Origin: Squalus acanthias
Taxonomy: Eukaryota
Direction: 5' to 3'
Assembly: GCA_030390025.1 (NCBI GenBank)
Contig: CM059432.1
Location: forward strand, 20,958,001-21,022,000
DNA: 64,000 nucleotides
Every line of letters begins with the position of its first letter. The first letter of the stretch is position 1. The notes below the pieces were generated by a model, which did not search any database, had not been told where the DNA came from, and worked only from the letters and a program-made list of their open reading frames with translations. Made by a program: the position numbers and the translations under genes. This document shows, piece by piece, positions 24,401 through 35,252 of the stretch.

Positions 24401-25829
24401 CTTCTTCTTAGGCAGTCCCTCGGAACCAAGGATGACTTGCTTCCACACTAAAAATAAGTCCAATGTGGGACCTACAGTCTCTGTCACAGGTGGGGCAGAC
24501 GGTGGTTGAAGGGGCGGGTGGGTGGGTTGCTTGGGTTGACGTGCCCTCCTTCCGCTGCCTGCGCTTGGCTTCCGCTTGCTCCTGGCGAAGAGACTCGAGG
24601 TGCTCGGCGCCTTCCCGGATGCTTCTCCTTCACTTTGTGCTGTCATGGGCCAGGGATTCCCAGGTGTCTGTGGGGATGTTACACTTTTTCAAGGAGGCTT
24701 TGAGGGTGTCCTTGAAGCGTTTCCTCTGCACACCTGGGGCTCACTTGCCGTGTCGGAGCTCCAAGTCGAGCGCTTGTTTTGGGAGTCTCGTATCGGGCAT
24801 GCGGACGATGTGGCCCGTCCATCGGAGATGATCGAGCGTGGTCAAAGCTTCGATGCTGGGGATGTTGGCCTGAGCGAGAACACTGACGTTGGTGCGCCTA
24901 TCCTGCTAATGGATTTGCAGGATCTTGTGGAGGCAGCGTTGGTGGTACCTCTCCAGTGCTTTGAGGTGTCTGCTGTACATGGTCCATGTCTGTGAGGCAT
25001 ACAGGAGGGTGGGTATCACTGCTGCTCTGTAAATCGTGAGCTTGGTGCTGGGTTTGAGGTCCTGGTCTTCCAACACTCTCTTCCTCAGGCGACCGAAAGC
25101 TGCACTGGCACACTGAAGGCGGTGTTGGACTTCGTCATTGACGTCTGCCCTTGTTGACAGTAGGCTCCCGAGGTATTGAAAGTGGTCCACGTTGTCCAAG
25201 GCCTCGTGATGGGTTTTGATAATCGGGGAGCAGTACTGTGTGGCGGGGGCAGGTTGGTAGAGGACCTTTGTCTTACGGATGTTTAGTGGAAGGCCCATGC
25301 TCTCGTACGCTTCGGTGAAGGTGTTGACGATGGTTTGGAGTTCGACCTCAGAGTGTGCGCAGACGCAAGCGTCGTCTGCATACTGTAATTCAATGACAGA
25401 ATGGGACGACCTTGGATCTGGACTGGAGGCGACGGAGGTTGAAAAAGTTTCCCGGTTGATCTGTAGATTAGCTCCACTCCAGCGGGGAGCTTACTGAGGG
25501 TGAGATGGAGCATTGCAGCCAGGAAGATCGAGAAGTGCGTTGTTGCGATGACACAGCCTTGCTTGACCCCGGTCCGTACGTGAATTGGGTCTGTGGTGGA
25601 TCCGTTGGTCAGGATCATGGCTTGCGTGTCGTCGTGAAGCAGGCAGAGGATGGTGACAAACTTTTGAGGGCAGCCAAATTTTGAGGAGGACACTCCATAA
25701 TCCCTCACGGTTGATGGTGTCGAAGGCCTTTGTGAGGTCAAAGAAGGCCATGTACAGCGGTTGGTGCTGTTCCCTGCATTTCTCTTGTAGTTGACGCGCG
25801 GTGAAGATCATGTCCATTATGCCCCTTGT
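24401..25829 (-). mobile_element. 5'-truncated RTE-clade LINE, copy 1
   Basis: DMIFTARQLQEKCREQ, FFDLTKAFDT, GVKQGCVIA, LQYADD motifs and an (AAG)n tail. 11-bp TSD GTCTTGAA(T/C)AT at 24390-24400 and 25830-25840. Confidence 0.92.
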
Positions 25830-26130
25830 GTCTTGAACATACTCAATGACTGAGCCTCCACAGCCCTCTGGGGCAGAGAATTCCAAAGATTCATCACCGT
25901 CTGAGTGAAGAAATTTCTCCTCATCTCAGTCCTAAATGGCCGACCCCTTATTCTGAGACTGTGACCCCTGGTTCTAGACTCCCCAGCCAGGGGAAACATC
26001 CTCCCTGCATCCATCCTGTCAAGCCCTGTAAGAATTTTGTATGTTTCAATGAGATCACCTCTCATTCTTCTAAACTCTAGAGAATATAGGCCTAGTCTAC
26101 TCAATCTCTCCTCAGAGGACAATCCCCCCT
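25830..26130 (-). mobile_element. CR1 ORF2 C-terminal fragment
   Basis: EERLSRLGLYSLEFRRMRGDLIETYKI..WNSLPQ. Confidence 0.9.
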
Positions 26131-27930
26131 TTAGGGTATATTGTAAGCAGCCACTGTCAGCTTTCTCTTAGTGGAACAAAAAACTGAGGGGAGGGTAACC
26201 CAGGGGCACAGAGGCCATTGGAGTGCACAACTTGAGGCAGGTCTACACCAGGCAATGGGTCTATGGCAACAGATGCAGCTATGTGGGTCTGATAGAGAAG
26301 CAGTGATAGAGGCGGTTCAGGAGCAGCAGATATGCTTTGAATGAGATGTGCTACGTGGTCGCACCTGCACCAATGATGTGGGACAGAAAACAACTTACAA
26401 TATACTTGTGCGACTATTGACTGAATGTCCACGTTTGGTAAGCATCAGCTGTGAAATGGCATTAAATACCCACTTTTCGAAGGACCTCCTCAGCAGTGTA
26501 ATTTTGTATTTGCTTCCTTCCCATCACTGACCTTTAACAAGGTTTTAATAAGCACGAGCTGTTTTTTCCATACATTTTCTCTCGGCTTCGTAGCTTCTTT
26601 ATTGTAGTATTAGCAATTATCAGGGAAGGAATCAAGATGGACAAAAAGGTCATACAGGGCTTTCTCCTGTTATTCCATTTTATTTTTACATGTATCTAAT
26701 TTTTCTGATAAAGTTCTTGGCATGAGGAATTTGAGCTCCCTTTTTTCTGGTTCAGTCTCTGATAGTCTGCAGTGAGCTACGAGTTAAATGGTACTGCAAC
26801 CAATATTATATTGCCTTCTTACTAATGGCCAAACTGTGGTGCGTTACATCGGATGACAATTGAGCTATATTAGATATCACAATAAAACCCTGCACACAAA
26901 TGTAAATCTTGCCATTTTTTAAATAAATTTGATACTGTTTCTTTAAATGAATGGGGGCAAGGATGAAATCATTGATGATTGTCTTTTAAAATACAGTCAC
27001 GTGGCCTTTTTCTTTTGCTGCACAGCCTGAAGAGGCTTTCAATTCACATGGGTCGATGACTGCTTTATAGAGCACAAAGCAGAGTTAATGTGAAATTTCT
27101 TATTAACCAGATCAGAGGATTTCACATCAAAGATCAGCACCACACCAGAAAAGGTCAGCAAGTCGTCATTTTTGCGCTCAACAATATAGCAGCTCTAAAC
27201 ACATTTCAAATCAGCTTCATTTAAATTTATCACAGATAAATTATCTAGGTCATGTTACTGTATTGATTTGTTTGAAATAATGGTATGCTTTAGGTGATCT
27301 TTGAGGTAAATTATGTACAATGATTTGCTTTGTATTGTATCTATTATTTGTCAGTCACATTATAATTACATAATGTTTATAATTTGAAGTAGTGTTCAGT
27401 AACCTTCATTTTGTCATCTTCTAACCTGCTATTATCATTATTATTTGCCTCTTAAATTATGATCTAGGAAAAAAAAATTGTTACGTAAGTTTTAGGCTTT
27501 TTGGTTTGCATCAAGATTGAACATTTCCCTCCCTCATGAAATAGCAGTGTTCTTATTTTCAACCTCTACCTCACAGAGCTACTGCATTGGGCAATATCAG
27601 GTTGTTTATTACTATTACATAGAATTTCACTGGGTAAATTGTATTTTTTCTTTGAGTTACGTAAGCAGACTCACTTATATTAAGACCCTCACTGAAATCT
27701 CTCTTGATGGCTCAGTTGGTGAAGGCTGTGTGTAATTGACTCATACTGACCAGAAGGTCATACATAGGCTTGATTCTGAGTAAGTTGATCTCAGTTGGGG
27801 CACCATTTGAGCTGCTACAAGTTGACCTAGTGGCCATGAATTTAATGAAGGGAAAATGAGCCAGACCTCCTTCGCCTGATCCCTGTCAATGCCGGATGAG
27901 AACAGAATTGGTTGTGACTCCCTCCACAGT

Positions 27931-28352
27931 TGACACGGTAGTATAGTGGTTATGCTACTGGGCAAATAGTCCAGCAAACGTGAGTTCAAATCCCACCAGG
28001 CAGTTGTAGAATTTGAATTTGTTTTTTTTTAAATCTGGAAATTAAAAATAAAAGCTGGTATAAGCAAAAGTAACTATGAAGCTGTCAGATTGTCGTAAAA
28101 ACCCAACTGGTTCACTAATGTCTTTTGGAGAAGGAAACCTGCAGTCCTTACCCATTCTGGGCTATATGTGACTCCAGTCCCACACCAATGTGATTGACTC
28201 TTAACTGCCTTATCAAGTGGCCTAGCAAACCACTCAATTGTATCAAACCGCTAAAGGTTCAAGAAGGTCCACCACCATCTTCCCAGTGCAACTGGGGATG
28301 GCAATAAATTCCAGCCTTGCCATGGACACCCACATCCTGAGAATTTATTTTA
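27931..28352 (+). mobile_element. tRNA-derived SINE sharing its 3' tail with the LINE at 60445-61020
   Basis: A box TAGTATAGTGG, B box GAGTTCAAATCC, core GGTTCACTAATGTC..GAAGGAAACCTGC, tail GGTTCAAGAAGG..CACCACCATCTTC..GGATGGCAATAAAT. Confidence 0.8.
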
Positions 28353-28489
28353 AAGTCAAATAGCCTGCTGATATTCACTCTCAATAAAGAATGACCATTT
28401 GGCTGAGGTACCGCTGTCTGTTAGAATGTAATTTATATCTATAGCTCTCTCTATATATGTATATATATCGCTATACCATCGGCACAATA

Positions 28490-28602
28490 CAAAAGTGTAT
28501 GGGGAAAGGACAGGGGAATAGGACGATGTGGATAGCTCAGAGAGCCAGAATTGGTATGAAGGTAGGAATGGCCTCCTACTTTGCTGTAAAATTCTATGAT
28601 TC
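28490..28602 (+). mobile_element. Degenerate CR1 3' tail
   Basis: GAATGGCCTCCTACTTTGCTGTAAAATTCTATGATTC. Confidence 0.65.
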
Positions 28603-28617
28603 AGTACAACAGGAGTG

Positions 28618-28889
28618 TCCAAAAATGTGTGGGTTAGGTTGATTTGGCTATGATAAATTGACCCTTAGTGTTAGGGGGGATTAAATATGTGGGGTGATGG
28701 GATATGTTAGGGGGAATTAAATACGTGGGGTTACGGGGGTAGGGTGGGATATGTGTACTGTGGGGATTAAAGCAGGGACAGGGTACTGGATTTGGATGAT
28801 CAGCCATGATCGTATTGAATGGCGGAGCAGGCTCGACGGGCCGAATGGCCTACTCCTGCTCCTAGATTCTATGTTTCTATGTTTCTATG
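28618..28889 (+). mobile_element. 5'-truncated HE1-like V-SINE with CR1 tail
   Basis: TCCAAAAATGTGTGGGTTAGGTTGATTTGGCTATGATAAATTGACCCTTAGTGT resembles the end of the V-domain as I recall it. The 3' part matches the CR1 tail at 46775-46883, ending in (TTCTATGT)n. Confidence 0.7.
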
Positions 28890-29536
28890 AGTGAACATCT
28901 TCAGAAGAGGAGGAAGAGAGAAAATTGGCAGATAGAAAACTAGCTCTGATGCTATGCAGTTAGATGAAGATTTTGCCTTTTTTGTCTTAGCTCTTTGGAA
29001 GATTGACTTTGTTTTGAAACTCCTTGCTATAAAGCAACCAAAGTGGTTTTGATTTTATATATTTATGAATTTTCATAATTGTGACTTTGCATCATATTGA
29101 AGTAGAACATTGGCCAGCAGGGACTGATTATATAGAAGATATTAGATGTGGGTCAGTGAATTACACGACCATGATCTAATTAAGGGGCTCAAATAATGCC
29201 ACAAATCAGGATAGAGAATCTTTAGATGTCCATAACTTTGTCACCTGAATGCCAAAATTAGATTATAGCCTTAATTCCAGAGATGCAGTCGTATTACTTG
29301 CAATGGTTTTTTAATAAACTGGCATTCTCTGTTCTCTCTTTCTTTTCTTTGATGGGAATCAGGTTTGTTGAAGCTTTTCTTTTTAAAATCAAAGCGTGCT
29401 AAAGGGCCACGGGCAATAGAGCAAGATACTACCAAAGTTGAAAAAGTAGGAAAGAAGGCAAGGTAAATCAAGAAGTCATGGTTAGGTGACTTTACATTTG
29501 GGTTTTAAATGCTGACTAAGTACTGTAGATTGGGTA

Positions 29537-29929
29537 TAAAAACAGAAAATGCTGGAAATACAAAGCCGGTCAGGCAACATCTGTGGAGAGAGAAACAGAG
29601 TTAACGTTTCAGGTCGATGACCCTACATCAGAACTGAGAAAAGCTGAAGATGGAACAGGTTTTTAAGCAAGTATAGGGGTAGGGAAAGGGGGGAGGGGAG
29701 GAAAGAGCAAAAGGGAAGGTTTGCGATAGGATGGCAGGCAGGAGAGATTAAGAGACAAAAGGGATGATGGTGCAAGGCAAAAGGAGATGGTAATGGGACA
29801 AGTTAAGAAACAAAAGATGGCTCTAGATGAAATGTAATGGTAGATACCTGATCAAACATGAGAAGGGAAACAGAAAGCAATGAAGATGAACAAGGTAAAA
29901 GAGACAAACGGAAATCCCGTCAGAGAGAA
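29537..29929 (-). mobile_element. Penelope-like 3' fragment with hammerhead-like motif (29599-29635)
   Basis: Pseudo-LTR shared with 57017 and 58414. Perfect 12-bp TSD GTAGATTGGGTA at 29525-29536 and 29930-29941. Confidence 0.85.
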
Positions 29930-30017
29930 GTAGATTGGGTAGACTGGGTATGGTAGCCTGGCGCCTTGAGATGTTTTACTATGTTAACGGCACTATATAA
30001 ATGCCGCTTGTTGTTAT

Positions 30018-30315
30018 TGTAGTGGTTATGGACCAGTAGCCCAGGGATTAGGAATTCAAAACCCATCACGGCAAATTGAATTCAATAAATTGGAAAATAT
30101 GTGGGCTACTACCAGGAAAACAATAGCCATGCAAGCTGCTGGATTGTCGGGAAAACTCAACTGTTTCCTTCATGTCCTTTACAGAAGGGAGCTTGCTACC
30201 CCTATCCAATAACTTCAGTCTCACATTACATAATTGATTCTTAATGCCCTTAGGGCAATTACATTTAAATGCTGCCTTGATGGTGTTATGCCCATCCCAA
30301 GAACAAATAAAAACA
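30018..30315 (+). mobile_element. Degenerate SINE (family of 27931-28352)
   Basis: GTAGTGGTTATG head, GGATTGTCGGGAAAACTCAACTG core, CCCATCCCAAGAACAAATAAA tail. Confidence 0.65.
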
Positions 30316-30533
30316 CAGGGATAGGAACAAGTGGGAGTGAAGTGGAAATCAGAATCATTTATTAGACCACAAGTTTTGTCTTGTATCCTGTAGTGCTGCA
30401 AGATTTAATTTAATTTAATTTACTCAAATGAGCCATTACTTGAACCAGAAAATAGATTAGAACTTTGAACTAGCTTGTATTGTTTATCATTTTTGCCATT
30501 TCTATTTTCCATCAGTAAATGTATTATTTTACT

Positions 30534-30606
30534 GGCTGGATAGCTCAGTCGGTAGAGCATCAGACTTTTAATCTGAGGGGCCAGGGTTCAAGTCCCCGTT
30601 TGGGCA
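30534..30606 (+). pseudogene. tRNA-Lys(TTT) pseudogene / SINE head
   Basis: 73 nt nearly identical to vertebrate tRNA-Lys-TTT (TAGCTCAGTCGGTAGAGCATCAGACTTTTAATCTGAGG..GGTTCAAGTCCC). G2:G71 and A50:C64 mismatches break the acceptor and T stems. A CR1 tail follows. Confidence 0.8.
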
Positions 30607-30666
30607 CTGCTTTCCGGCACAGACACGATGGGCCGAATGGCCGCCATCTGTGCTGTAAACTTCTAT

Positions 30667-31872
30667 GGCCAGAATTTTCCCCTAAAAGAACGGGTAGGTT
30701 TGGAGCGTGGGGGCAGTTAAATTGTTAAAAATGTGAATCTCGACCTGATCCAGCCTCCAACCCGCCCAGTTCCAGTTTTCCTGGAGTCAGGAAGGTGGGG
30801 GGGGGGGCAGCCAACCCACTCCCAGGGGGCGGTACGCCAATTTAAATATTGTAATGAGGCTGCAAGCCTCTATTTTCCCCTCCATTTTGTTTTTAACTGC
30901 CTGTGGACGGGTTTCACACAATTCGTGAAACCCGGCAGTTAAACCAAGGCGGGAACTACTGCATCCAGGGGGCAAGTGGATTTATACCTACCTCCTGGAT
31001 CCAGGGTCTCTACCTAACACTCTGGTGGCCGGCCCCAATCCTCAGGCACCCCCCGATCCCTGACTAACCCCCCCACCCCAAGACCTCTGATCCCCGACCA
31101 CCCTGCGATTCCCTGATCCCCCTTCTCGTCAATCCTCAACCTCCCCCGCCGCGATCCTCGGCCCCTCCTCGACCCCCCTCCCGCGATCCTGGATTCCGGA
31201 CCGGCGATCCTCGACACCCCTCCGACCGGCGATCCTCGACCCCCTCCCGCAATCCTGGACTCCGGACTGGCGATCCTGGACCCCCCTCTGACCGGCGATC
31301 CTCGACCCCCCTCCACCGGCGATCCTCGACCCCCCTCTGACCGGCGATCCTCGACCCCCCTCCACCGGCGATCCTCGACCCCCCTCTGACCGGCGATCCT
31401 CGACTCCCCTCCGACCGGCGATCCTCGACTCCCCTCCGACCGGCGATCCTCGACTCCTTCCCGCAATCCTGGACTCCGGACTGGTGATCCTCGACCCCCG
31501 TCCGACCGGCGATCCTCGACCCCCCTCCGACCGGCGATCCTCGACCCCCTCCCGCAATCCTGGACACCGGACTGGCGATCCTTGACCCCCCAACCAGCAA
31601 TCCCAGGTTCCGGACCGGCGATCCTGGACTCCGGACTGGCGATCCTCGACTCCGGACTGTCGATCCTCGACTCCCCTCCCGCGATCCCGGGCCCCGTACC
31701 AGCGATCCTAACTGAGACCTACCCACCAGCAGCCAGCCTCTCAAGCTGGCTGGCAGCGGGCGGGAATCCGAGGCCTCACATTCAAATTAGGCCCTGCCAG
31801 TAAAATCGGGTTTCCCGCCCGCCTCGGACCCCCCCCAGCCCCCAACCCACCTACTTGGGGAAAATTCCGGCC
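30667..31872. mobile_element. Harbinger-type MITE with internal minisatellite
   Basis: 16-bp TIR GGCC(A/G)GAATTTTCCCC with flanks TAT/TCT; it interrupts the CR1-type tail TTCTAT|GATTC. Confidence 0.85.
31130..31710. repeat. GC-rich minisatellite, ~19-22-bp unit CCGGCGATCCTCGACCCCCCT(CCGA)
   Basis: Direct reading; roughly 27-30 variant units. Confidence 0.92.
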
Positions 31873-32409
31873 TCTGATTCCATTGGTGTAATCGAAGTTA
31901 TTCTTCTGAGGTTGGGACTGAGCCACATCGTTGAGGCAAACAAAGGGAGCTTTACTTTGCATCTAACTGGGAATGCTTGATGCTGAGAGTGGGTGCCAAA
32001 AATGGAAAGTGTGCCATTTGCCAATGCTAACCTCCTCACCTTGATGAGCACAAAATTTACAATTTTTCAAAAAAAGTTATTAGCCTAAGTGTTTTTGACC
32101 AGACTGTGTGTTCCAAAGTTATGTGACATGCCACGATTTATGCTGGGAGCCATAAACCTTGTTTTTTTCATAATGTGCTGTTACAATTCTCATGTTGGTT
32201 AAAAATATCGCTTTCATTGGTAATTTTAATTAAGAATAAGCTTACAGAAGCTAAGATAGTTTTTTTTTAAACTTGTAGCATTTGTAGCATCAGTCCCCCC
32301 CCTTAAGTTCTGCATTAATGAGAGTTGAGAGCAGTGCAATATAATTTTTACAGTACAATGTGTGTAATGTTATTGTCATAGCAATAGTAATATGCAGTTG
32401 ATTAGAATA

Positions 32410-32890
32410 TAAGAATTGTTAATAACAGGAAGAAGACCATTGGGCCCAACAAAAATCCAACCCATTTTGACTAATCCCAACTCCATCTATTTTCTTTCTC
32501 ACTATATCATTCAATCGCTTCTCTCTCCAGAAATATGTCTAATTGTCCCTTGAAGCTACTCATACTAGCTGCCTCATTGGCCTTCCTTGGTAACTTATTT
32601 TCCAAGTGTATTATCTTTGTATTAAAAAAATCCACCTGCTCTCCTTTTTCTTAACTTGCCATTTTTAAACGTGTATCCTTGTTGTATGAACATTTTATCA
32701 CAGCAACAAATTACTTAGATCAACTTTATCAACCCCCTTCAAAACTGAAAAACTACATTTGGATCACCTTTAAATTTCTTTTCCAAAGAAATAACTTTCA
32801 ACTTCTTCAAACTTTCTTGATAACTTATATTCTTGATACGTGGACTATCTCTCCGTTGCTCCCTCTGCATCCTCTGAAGGGCAATATACT
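32410..32890 (-). mobile_element. Old CR1 3' fragment
   Basis: ISYQESLKKLKVISLEKKFKGD resembles the CR1 motif SYEERLxxLGLFSLERRRLRGD. Confidence 0.6.
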
Positions 32891-32894
32891 TTGG

Positions 32895-33100
32895 AAATAG
32901 CATAGATACATTAAAGGGGAAACTAGATAAGTACATGAGGGAGAAAGGAGTAGAAGGGTATGCTGATAGGGTGAGATGAAATAGGGTGGGAGGAGGCTCG
33001 TGTGGAGCATAAACACTGGCATAGACCAGTTGGGCCAAATGGCCAGTTTCTGTGCTGTAAATTCTATGTGACTCTATGTAATTCTATGTAACTTTCTATG
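32895..33100 (+). mobile_element. CR1 3' tail
   Basis: GGGCCAAATGGCCAGTTTCTGTGCTGTAAATTCTATGTGACTCTATGTAATTCTATG. Confidence 0.8.
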
Positions 33101-34404
33101 ATATGTGACCAAAACCATACAAATTACTCAAATAGGATCTACTAATCCTTTATACACCATCAGTATAACCTCTTAGAATTTGTACTCTACTTCTGCCAAT
33201 TATAAGTGACTGTCCAAAATCAGCAGTCCAAAGACCCCAAAAGTTGATAGGTGGCTCTTTTCGGGTCTTCCATGGCCTTGCTGTCTGCCCCCTTAGCTCC
33301 TCTGATCTGAAGGGGGCTAGGTGCAAAATGTAGGGCCTACCTTTTCTGGCACTCATTGTAATGCGCGTCTGTCTGGTGTACCTTTCGGAAGATGAGGTGG
33401 GGAGGCCCCTCCCAAGTCATTTATGTAATTGTTTCATTCTCTCCCTCCCCTCCCGGGGGATCTCCAGGAAATGTAAAAACAGTGGAATGGGTCTCTGTCC
33501 CTTTTTCCTATACTTTGTACATGCGAACTGAAACTTTCTAGCTATCAAAGAGAGGAAAATTGGCCCTATTATCTTCAGGAAAAAAATACTCAACAATTTA
33601 GTTTTAGAAATTATTTAAAAATGCGTGGTATGTAATGAAATAAACTGCATTAAAATACATCTTCATATCATATGTGTTTGATGTCACTGTAATGAAAATT
33701 ACATATAACTACTCTGATAAAAAAAAGCTTTGCTATATGCCTTTTTTAGGAACAGAGTGTCACTCCCTTTGCATTCCTGAGTCATGATATCTTCATTTCT
33801 GAGATGTAGGCTTGATGTTGAAAAGTCATTGTAGATGTTCTATGGCTTACTCGCCCCCAGAAAAAGTGCGGAGAGCTCTTTTCTGTAGGTTTTCTGAAGA
33901 CTGACAGTTACAGCAATTGCAAGCTAAGTAAGGAGGTGATAATGATTTGTACAGCACATCTCAGACCAAAGTTACTAGCTGTTCTTAGGGATGCTGTGAA
34001 TTCTTCTAATTTGGATCTGTCGCTGTTCCCATTCTTTGATCTCTTATCCTTATTTTGATGAATTTTCCTCTTTTTAAAAAATAGCTTTGACACTGGTTTG
34101 GTGCCTCATTGATTTTGAGAACTAACTGTGATGTACTTTCATTTTTTCTTTGAGACTGGATACTTATCTATATTTATATCCCAGCGCTGCTTTCCTAATT
34201 AGCTGCGGCAAGATTTATACTTTGAGTAATGCTTCCTTTACCACTGACTATTCCCTAAGCCGTAACGTTTGCGTTCTTTAGAATGTGATAATGTTCATTC
34301 TCTATAATCATCACCTGGTCAGACAGCTATTACAATGTTTCATCCTGACACCACCTTGACCTTGAAATTATGGAGTTGGCCAATGCCGTATGAATGCTGA
34401 ACGC

Positions 34405-34730
34405 AGCCTAGTTCTTGTGATACTGAATTAGCAACCCAGAGCTTGTGGTTTCGCAATTCCATCGTGGTAAGTTGTGAAACTGAATTCAATAAATCTGATA
34501 ATTTGTGACTGACACCAGAAAGATGACCATGAAAACTGCTGGATTGTTATAAAAGCCCAGCTGGCTCATCCCTCATGTCCTTCAGGGAGGGACCTGCCAC
34601 CCTTACTTGGTCTGGCCTATGTGGGACTCCAGATCCACACTATCTGGTTGACACTTAACACTCTCATGGCAACTAGGGAAAGGCAATAAATAATGCACTT
34701 GTCGCCCACATCCCAAGCATTTAAAAAAAT
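34405..34730 (+). mobile_element. Degenerate SINE (family of 27931-28352)
   Basis: CCCTTACTTGGTCTGGCCTATGTGGGACTCCAG core and GGCAATAAAT..CGCCCACATCCC tail. Confidence 0.7.
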
Positions 34731-34929
34731 TCTTTCTCCCCTATTTTACCAGAGGCATTAACCAATTTACTTTAAACGAGTCAATGCCCCTGCAAAAGTA
34801 ACAGGGAGAGGAATTCAGACGTATGCATTGTGGGTGCAAGCGCCAATATCCCACTGTATAATTTTGAGGCTAGTGCTCTTTCTTACCAATGGCTTCTTCA
34901 CTTCTGTAGACAACTTACCTGAATATAAA

Positions 34930-35065
34930 TGAAAACCAAAAGACCTGCAGATGCAGGAAATCTGAAACAAGAGCAGGAAATGCTGGAAACACTCACCAGG
35001 CCCGGGAGCATCTATGAAAAGAACAGAGGGTTCTGATGAAATGTCCATGCCTGAAGTGTTACCCA
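34930..35065. mobile_element. Old Penelope-like pseudo-LTR with inverted piece
   Basis: GAAATGCTGGAAACACTCACCAGG followed by plus-strand GTTCTGATGAA..CCTGAAGTGTT (decayed hammerhead). Confidence 0.6.
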
Positions 35066-35252
35066 AAAATGATCCTGGTTGTATTAAAATTGTATGATGA
35101 TAAAAGTAAAGGGAACTTGTACATAATGAATAATAATGTATAGTCGGTGTGTTTGTCCTCTTTCTAGCCAGTGAACCATATCCTGATATTTCATCTGATC
35201 TAATCACAAGGTACAAAGCTGGATAACAGTTAAGTAAAGCAGAAAAGGAAGA

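Noticed and set aside
30534..30606. Functional tRNA-Lys gene
   Set aside because: Acceptor and T-stem mismatches, no T4 terminator directly downstream, and a LINE tail follows
31014..31744. Arg/Gly-rich ORFs
   Set aside because: Translations of the GC-rich minisatellite
33750..33930. Two short AG/GT-bounded open segments as host exons
   Set aside because: No recognisable protein similarity and weak donors; the same applies to the acceptor at 19342
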